Positions 1 to 5,505 of a DNA stretch of 50,358 bases are shown one piece after another (the stretch's first letter is position 1; every line of letters starts with the position of its first letter). The stretch is from positions 1 through 50,358 of IMG/VR virus record IMGVR_UViG_3300030106_006546; one strand, given 5' to 3'. Below the pieces are notes generated by a model, which was not told where the DNA came from, made no database searches, and saw nothing but the letters and a program-made list of their open reading frames with translations. The stretch comes from a virus (taxonomy: Duplodnaviria > Caudoviricetes). The position numbers and the translations under genes are program-made.

Positions 1-99
1 CACCTTGGGTGTCAAATATATTTTTTCAAGAGCGGCTAGGGAAGGCTATGACGGCGTCGCTTTTGCCCCAGGGGAAGTGCATGAAAAACGATGGAAAAG
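1..99. repeat. Terminal direct repeat, left copy (assembly circularisation overlap)
   Basis: Bases 1-99 are identical to 50260-50358, and an ORF reads in frame across the junction. Confidence 0.97.
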
Positions 100-925
100 A
101 CCGGGGTTGATTGATGCCTACAATCAAACGATACCTTTTGCTATCAGTAAAGCTTTTAGCCCCGTTGAGAGCACGTTAAAGAAACCTAAAGACAAAACAA
201 TCACTGTTTCGGGGGAGCCAGGGAGCGACGAGGCTGGTGATTATACGAGCCGTGTGTATCTTTTGAATGAAAAAACCAAAGACGGTAAAACTATAGACGA
301 TAAAGCAAAGTCTCGACGCGGTATGTATACCATCCCCCCCGCAGGAATACTTGCTCTATCTCTCACGCCTTCTGAAGAGGCGGAGGCTCAAGAACAAAAG
401 CGTCAATCTCAAGAATTGCAGCGCACCTTTCCAGATCCCGAGGTGCGAGAAAGTGCAGGTATTTTAGGTGCTCTACGTGGTGCGGGTGAGGTCGCGTATG
501 AGGGACTATCAGATTTACTGATTGAGCCTTTTGTTGGTATGAGTGGCGCAGAGTTAGCATTTGAGTCAGGCGCAACCCCACAAGAGGCAGAGGCGGCAAA
601 GCGTCGTGCCATGCGTTTAGTAGACTTTGAGACGACCTCTCCTACAGGCCTACGTTACAAAGAAGCCGTGAAAAGCGGACTAGGTGACTTGGGCGAATAT
701 TTGATGAGTGAAGGTGAAAGAGGTCGCACAAGATCAGGTATGACGTTGCCGCCTAGTCGCGATGCTCTGCAATTACTTTTTCAAGAAGTGATTGATCCAG
801 CGGCAGAAGCAGTTACGGAAGGTGCGTTGGGTATATTGGGTTTGGACCCTAGAGACACAGAAGAAATGCAAAGGGTGCGACAAGAGGCTGCGCGGCCAGT
901 GATAGAAGCAATTCAGCCAATCTAA
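1..925 (+). CDS. C-terminal part of the origin-spanning ~1019-aa protein that starts at 48125
   Basis: The track ORF 5..925 is in frame with the open frame from 48125 through the 99-bp overlap. Contains the AAREGYDGVAF motif. Confidence 0.9.
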   Translation, partial: TLGVKYIFSRAAREGYDGVAFAPGEVHEKRWKRPGLIDAYNQTIPFAISKAFSPVESTLKKPKDKTITVSGEPGSDEAGDYTSRVYLLNEKTKDGKTIDDKAKSRRGMYTIPPAGILALSLTPSEEAEAQEQKRQSQELQRTFPDPEVRESAGILGALRGAGEVAYEGLSDLLIEPFVGMSGAELAFESGATPQEAEAAKRRAMRLVDFETTSPTGLRYKEAVKSGLGDLGEYLMSEGERGRTRSGMTLPPSRDALQLLFQEVIDPAAEAVTEGALGILGLDPRDTEEMQRVRQEAARPVIEAIQPI

Positions 926-927
926 AT

Positions 928-1128
928 TCATAGCTCCTCCAACCAAGACTGAAGCTTGCCCGCCTCAAATTTTTCGAAGGCAGTTTTCACCAGCTCAGGC
1001 TGACCCAGTCGCTCTGCTTCCGCATGAATGTCTGCTCGCTGACGTTTGCCACGTTCAAACACACGATGATCATCGCTGTACACAAAATACCAATCGTGAT
1101 CACGTAGCATTTGTTTCAGTTTATCCAT
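928..1128 (-). CDS. Small phage hypothetical protein (HDWYxxYSDD motif)
   Basis: 66-aa ORF with a GAGG RBS, overlapping the upstream gene; last gene of the leftward operon. Confidence 0.75.
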   Translation of the reverse strand: MDKLKQMLRDHDWYFVYSDDHRVFERGKRQRADIHAEAERLGQPELVKTAFEKFEAGKLQSWLEEL

Positions 1129-1342
1129 GAGACGCTACCTCAAACTCACTGAGTTTTTTCTCGATCGAGGTCCACAAACACTTCAGCTTGGATTCCTGGT
1201 CAGGGCTGAAAGCTTCATGTCGGAAACAGGTGCTCTCGATACCCCTCACACGCGGGTCATCAGAGCTCATCCGCATAAGGGTGTTGAGCAGCTCCAACTC
1301 CTCATTGGTAAACTGCAAATACTGTGTGCTAAGTAACGTCAT
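1121..1342 (-). CDS. Hypothetical protein directly downstream of the pentamer array
   Basis: 73-aa ORF with GGAGAG RBS upstream of the ATG. Confidence 0.65.
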   Translation of the reverse strand: MTLLSTQYLQFTNEELELLNTLMRMSSDDPRVRGIESTCFRHEAFSPDQESKLKCLWTSIEKKLSEFEVASHG

Positions 1343-1375
1343 TTTTGCTCTCCAGTCGTTTCTTCATATCAACTT

Positions 1376-1774
1376 TGACCTGCCATACCCAAGCGCACCT
1401 AATCACGCCTCAATGCAACTCGCGACAACCAACCCCACCACACCAGCCCTGCCGAGCCTTCCCCAAACCCATCTTGCCACACCTAACCGGGCCGCAAGGC
1501 ACCCGACAACGCCATGCAACACCTCGCCTGACCTGCCCTGCCTTGCCGTACCGTGACGGACCCCACCGTGCCGATTGCAACCCCGACCCGCCTGACCAGA
1601 CCTGCCCTGCCATAGCCAACCTCGCGCAACCACACGGAGACACGTCGTACCATACCTGCCTTACCGAATCCAAATCGACCTTGCCCTACCACAACAAAAC
1701 GGATCGTGAAGCACCCAACCCAAACATCCCAAAACTCACCTGACCTGCCAAGCCAAGCCTAACCCAACCTAACC
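1376..1774 (-). ncRNA. Phased GGY-NN pentamer array; candidate guide-RNA array (VIPR-like vrRNA)
   Basis: Counted by hand: 75 in-phase pentamers, 46 starting GGY and 72 with a pyrimidine at position 3. Six 4-nt GGC(A/T) phase breaks, each followed by GGT. Lies directly 3' of the RAMP-like operon. Confidence 0.85.
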
Positions 1775-2269
1775 GCCTTTGAGGTGCGTTTTGATTGGGT
1801 CAAGCACACCAGCCAACTCCGTCAGTTGGTCATACTTGTTTACAAATTGCTCAAGCTCTCGTTGTGCGTTTGCCAAAATTTGAGCCCTGAACTCAGGGTC
1901 TTTCATAGCCTCCACCGTTGAGACGTAAGAGCGCACGGTTTTTCCGAGATCGTTAGTGAGTGAAACACTCGTAAATACTCTTAATTTGGTAGGCGTGAAC
2001 GATTCAGGCACGTCAGCACTGGTCACATAAACCAAAGATCGTTTGATCTGTTTCTCAGTTGCCACCCGTTGTTTCTGTGCGGCGATCGAATCATCCCATT
2101 CAAAATCGTCGTGAAGAACAGAGTCGGGGTCGCGAGCGTGTTCGACCAGTTGTCCTGTGGGCGCGACACCACCCCATTGCTCATCGACAGCTCGTATTTC
2201 TTGTAACGCGAGATTGGGGTCTGCCTTGAAGACAGACCCCTTGGCCCACGCTACCGTGGTCACACTCAT
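1769..2269 (-). CDS. Accessory protein of the RAMP/pentamer-array locus (LHxxFEWDDxxAA family)
   Basis: 166 aa; start overlaps the stop of the RAMP-like gene (ATGA), and its stop codon lies within the first pentamers of the array. Confidence 0.8.
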   Translation of the reverse strand: MSVTTVAWAKGSVFKADPNLALQEIRAVDEQWGGVAPTGQLVEHARDPDSVLHDDFEWDDSIAAQKQRVATEKQIKRSLVYVTSADVPESFTPTKLRVFTSVSLTNDLGKTVRSYVSTVEAMKDPEFRAQILANAQRELEQFVNKYDQLTELAGVLDPIKTHLKGG

Positions 2270-2877
2270 GCCGCTTCCTCGAGAATGGCAAATTCACGAT
2301 CGAGTCGGAAGCGACCATACTCACCGCCTTTTTCGGGACGCCACTCACCTAGCCCGATGCCAAACCCGGCACGCTCAATCAAATTGAGAATGGCCGATTG
2401 CGTGAGTGCCTTTGAGTCATATTCGAACTTCAGCGTCATCGCCCACTGCATAAACTCAGGCCGATAGCGCAGGTCAGTCGATCCCGCACCAACCCTCACA
2501 ATGTCCTCGCGCATCTTAGGGTCATCGGTTTCCAGCGCGACAAGGTTTAGCTCAAAATCGTCAGGCCGAATGAACAACGATTTTTTGAGCAAGGTCTTTT
2601 CCAGCCCAATGTCTTTGTGAGCCGCACCGACTAAACAAGCTTTGATACCACCTGCTGGGAACCCGTAGCGCCCGTCACTCAACTTGTAACTGGCGTTACG
2701 GAACTCTTGTGCGGGGTCGCGCACGTCGCGATTCTTAACGCGAATCCCTGCGTGCTTATCCCTCAGCATTTGAAGCGCTTTCTCATCCCACTTGTGCTGA
2801 ATGAAAGGACTGGTGCCCTCGATCCGAACCGTCATCAAAGTTTTTTGAATTGGTTCAAGTGCTATTACATTACCCAT
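2266..2877 (-). CDS. Solitary RAMP/Cas7-like RNA-binding protein (Vipr-like)
   Basis: 203 aa with N-terminal strand plus SP (VRIEGTSPFIQH), a GFPAGGIKACL helix motif, YRPEF, and a C-terminal Gly-rich loop GFGIGLGEWRPEKGGEYGRF typical of RAMPs. AAGGAG RBS; no other cas genes present. Confidence 0.8.
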   Translation of the reverse strand: MGNVIALEPIQKTLMTVRIEGTSPFIQHKWDEKALQMLRDKHAGIRVKNRDVRDPAQEFRNASYKLSDGRYGFPAGGIKACLVGAAHKDIGLEKTLLKKSLFIRPDDFELNLVALETDDPKMREDIVRVGAGSTDLRYRPEFMQWAMTLKFEYDSKALTQSAILNLIERAGFGIGLGEWRPEKGGEYGRFRLDREFAILEEAA

Positions 2878-2955
2878 TTTGTATCTCCTTCGCCCGGGGG
2901 CGTACTGTTAGTTTTTTGCCTGGCAACTCCAGACAAAGCCGAACGTGGCACAGTA

Positions 2956-2972
2956 TGCGTGTCCATGTCAAC
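2956..2972 (-). promoter_or_regulatory. Leftward promoter of the RAMP operon: TTGACA plus phage motif variant (ACATGGACACGC)
   Basis: The minus strand reads GTTGACATGGACACGCA about 80 nt upstream of the start codon. Confidence 0.55.
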
Positions 2973-3016
2973 ACTTTTGCACAAAAAAATATTTCAATGT
3001 TTTTTGTATAAATATA

Positions 3017-3045
3017 TTGTACATCGACACGGAATATGATTTGAT
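3017..3045 (+). promoter_or_regulatory. Rightward promoter with phage motif TTGTACATCGACACGGA
   Basis: Follows an AT-rich tract; the same motif occurs at about 20070-20087 (-) and 39362-39379 (+). Confidence 0.55.
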
Positions 3046-3073
3046 GCGTTATGGAAATCAAACGGGGGTTGTT

Positions 3074-3241
3074 ATGTACATTGAATTGACGGATGACCAG
3101 GCAGACGTGCTGCTGAACCAAGTAGCCGACTGGAAGCACAAAGTCGTGAAAGGTAGTGATCTTCAACGACAGCTTCAGGAAATAGAAAAGGTTTTGGTTT
3201 TGGCTATTTTGCAAAAAGAGGGAGGCATCAATTATGGATAA
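3074..3241 (+). CDS. Hypothetical protein (55 aa)
   Basis: Likely ATG at 3074 after GGGGG, within track ORF 2945..3241. Confidence 0.6.
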   Translation: MYIELTDDQADVLLNQVADWKHKVVKGSDLQRQLQEIEKVLVLAILQKEGGINYG

Positions 3242-3470
3242 AGCAGCATTGAAAAAGCGGTTTTACAATCGTGTGCGTCGCACTTGTCTCAAGCACAACA
3301 TCGATATTGTGTACGATGGTGTGCCAAAGGCGGTATATGGCGTGGAGCTGGTGAAGGATGGTGTCGTGATGTTTGCCGATCGCACAAACGACAACATGCC
3401 GCTCGACATCAACTGGCAACGACTGCATGAAGAGATGACCGACTACGGTTACAAAGGTGGTGTGAAATGA
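3234..3470 (+). CDS. Hypothetical protein
   Basis: 78 aa, GGAGG RBS, overlaps both neighbours. Confidence 0.75.
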   Translation: MDKAALKKRFYNRVRRTCLKHNIDIVYDGVPKAVYGVELVKDGVVMFADRTNDNMPLDINWQRLHEEMTDYGYKGGVK

Positions 3471-3877
3471 GCATTCCAGAAAAACCAGTTTGGCTATCCC
3501 AGAAATTTAAGGTCTCAAAAATGACGCGAGGCTGGCATCCGAGTCTTAGGGGGTGCTTGTTAATTCAGTGCGCCAACGAAGATCACAAGCTAGAGGTCTG
3601 GTACTCCCCCAACGGAGAAACAGCCAGCGATTATGGCTGGTTAGATGTGAGATCCGCAGTCAACCGAGAAAAACCAGTTTGGCTATCCAGCAAATTCAAG
3701 GTCTCAAATTTTACGCAAGGTTGGCAACCAGATCTTGGGGGGTGCTTGGTAAGTGAGTGCGCCAACGAGGATCACAAGCTACAAATCTGGTACTCCCCGA
3801 ACGGAGAAACAGGCAGCAGTTATGGCTGGTTAGAAATTTCTTCCGCAGTCAACGAGAAAGGCATCAAGGACGTGTGA
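3467..3877 (+). CDS. Hypothetical protein made of two tandem 63-aa repeats
   Basis: EKPVWLS...CANEDHKL..WYSPNGET...YGWL...SAVN occurs twice; 189-bp DNA period (3478 and 3667). Confidence 0.75.
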   Translation: MSIPEKPVWLSQKFKVSKMTRGWHPSLRGCLLIQCANEDHKLEVWYSPNGETASDYGWLDVRSAVNREKPVWLSSKFKVSNFTQGWQPDLGGCLVSECANEDHKLQIWYSPNGETGSSYGWLEISSAVNEKGIKDV

Positions 3878-3878
3878 A

Positions 3879-4667
3879 ATGAGTGGACCGTATAAGCAAA
3901 TCAACAACATCTACGGTTACATTCGCGTGTCCACGGATGAGCAGGTCAAGTCGGGCATTTCGCTCGAAACCCAGATGCAACAGATCAGCGAGTTTGTGCG
4001 CGAGAAGTATAACCGTAAGGTCACGCAGTTTTTTGCTGATGAAGGCATCAGTGGTACTCACGCGGTTTTAGATCGTCCCGCAAGCCGTGAAATGACCGAC
4101 GTCATTGATGAGCACGATGTCGTTATTTGCACTAGGCTTGATCGATTAAGCCGATCAAGTTCTGATTTATTATCGCTTATTCCGCAACTCCAAGAGATCG
4201 GAATCACTTTGTTTTTCTGCGAGCAGTTTGGTGAAATGCCGATCGTTTACCCCGATGCTGTCAAAACAAAGGGTTTAGATGCGAAGTTTGACATGAATCA
4301 CATGGCCAATCAGATCATGTTGATGGTACTGTCTGCCGTCGCCGAGATTGAACATGCGACGATTAAAGACCGTTTTTCAGCGGGTAAACTGGACTGGGCG
4401 TCACGCGGGTATGCGATCGGTGGATCACCACCCTACGGATTCCGCCATGTAGAGGTCAAGACGGGAAGCAAAACCCGCAAGCTTTTGGAAGAAGTGCCTG
4501 AAGAGCAAGCTGTCTTGAAAACCATCTACCGTCTGCACAAGCGTGGCTTGGGTCCACGCAAGATAGCAACGCAGGTCAATAGCTTGCACGACATCCCACC
4601 GCTGACACATTCGAAAGTTCAGCGCATTCTCAACCGCAAGTTTCAAGGTTTGCCTAAAGCCGCGTAG
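3879..4667 (+). CDS. Serine recombinase (resolvase/invertase catalytic domain plus short C-terminal DNA-binding region)
   Basis: YGYIRVST catalytic motif, DEGISG, LDRLSRS, GGSPPYGF. Confidence 0.92.
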   Translation: MSGPYKQINNIYGYIRVSTDEQVKSGISLETQMQQISEFVREKYNRKVTQFFADEGISGTHAVLDRPASREMTDVIDEHDVVICTRLDRLSRSSSDLLSLIPQLQEIGITLFFCEQFGEMPIVYPDAVKTKGLDAKFDMNHMANQIMLMVLSAVAEIEHATIKDRFSAGKLDWASRGYAIGGSPPYGFRHVEVKTGSKTRKLLEEVPEEQAVLKTIYRLHKRGLGPRKIATQVNSLHDIPPLTHSKVQRILNRKFQGLPKAA

Positions 4668-4699
4668 CGTCTATGATGGTGGCTCCAAGGGGGCCACCT

Positions 4700-4834
4700 A
4701 TGACACCAGAAGAGCACATCGCTGAAACGATCAAAATCCTCGAGGATTCTCTCGCTACTGATTTCATGACGGATTCAGTGCGCGATATTATGACGCGCGC
4801 TGTCGAACACCTGAAAGCCACACAAGGTAGCTAA
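4700..4834 (+). CDS. Small hypothetical protein (44 aa, MTPEEHIAETIKILEDSLATDF...)
   Basis: Translated by hand; AAGGGGG RBS; TAA overlaps the next ATG. Confidence 0.6.
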   Translation: MTPEEHIAETIKILEDSLATDFMTDSVRDIMTRAVEHLKATQGS

Positions 4835-5490
4835 TGTCAGATGAGACGCTGACAGGCTGGGGTCGCGGCACTTGGGGTGAGGCGGCCTGGGGTACACCGT
4901 TACCCGTAGAGCCCACTGGTCTTGCCGCAACGCTGGGCGTTGGCTCTGTTTCCGTTCTCGCCAAAGCGAATGTTATACCCACAGGCCAAGTCGCAACGGC
5001 TTCACCTGGCTCGATTCAAATAGTCGCCAAAGCGATCACACAAATCAGCACAGGCGTCGGTGCAACCGCCGCAATCGGCTCTGTCACGGCCGTAGCAAAA
5101 GCGACTGCGTCACCCGCGGGCTTGGCCGTCACAACCGGGGTCGGAACTCTCACCACAACGGGTTTGGCAAATATTGTTCTCGATGGGCAACAAACCACCG
5201 CCGCGTTCGGTGAAATACAAACTGTCGCTAAGGCTTTGATCCAGGTGACGGGCAACGGAATCACCACGAATATTGGCAACACGCTAGTTTATGGGGAGAT
5301 AGACACCTCTCAGTCGCCAAACTACACTACGATTGATGATAGCCAGACCGCGAGTTTTGCTGAGATCAGCACAAGTCAAACACCCAGCTTTGTGACGGTG
5401 GATGATAGTCAGTCAGCGAGTTACTCAAACGTCAGCACAAGTCAAACGCCCAATTATCAGGAACTAGATGCTGGGCGATCAGCAGCATAG
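4834..5490 (+). CDS. Putative virion/tail protein, Thr/Gly/Ala-rich
   Basis: WGRGTWGEAAWG N-terminal motif and C-terminal 11-aa SQxxx[YF] repeats; precedes the tail fibre. Confidence 0.7.
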   Translation: MSDETLTGWGRGTWGEAAWGTPLPVEPTGLAATLGVGSVSVLAKANVIPTGQVATASPGSIQIVAKAITQISTGVGATAAIGSVTAVAKATASPAGLAVTTGVGTLTTTGLANIVLDGQQTTAAFGEIQTVAKALIQVTGNGITTNIGNTLVYGEIDTSQSPNYTTIDDSQTASFAEISTSQTPSFVTVDDSQSASYSNVSTSQTPNYQELDAGRSAA

Positions 5491-5505
5491 CAGCGAGGTT
5501 AAGGC

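Noticed and set aside
1-99. Biological terminal repeat
   Set aside because: It is exactly 99 bp and falls in the middle of a gene, typical of assembler k-mer overlap.
1345-1743. Several overlapping ORFs on both strands across the pentamer array
   Set aside because: They are by-products of a stop-poor G-rich repeat. A 5-nt period with 4-nt breaks is incompatible with codon structure, and no RBS is evident.
1376-1774. Canonical CRISPR array, simple microsatellite or telomere-like repeat
   Set aside because: There are no 23-50 bp identical repeats with spacers. The NN positions are diverse while the phase is exact, which slippage would not produce. G-quadruplex potential alone does not explain the position-3 pyrimidine or the segment junctions.
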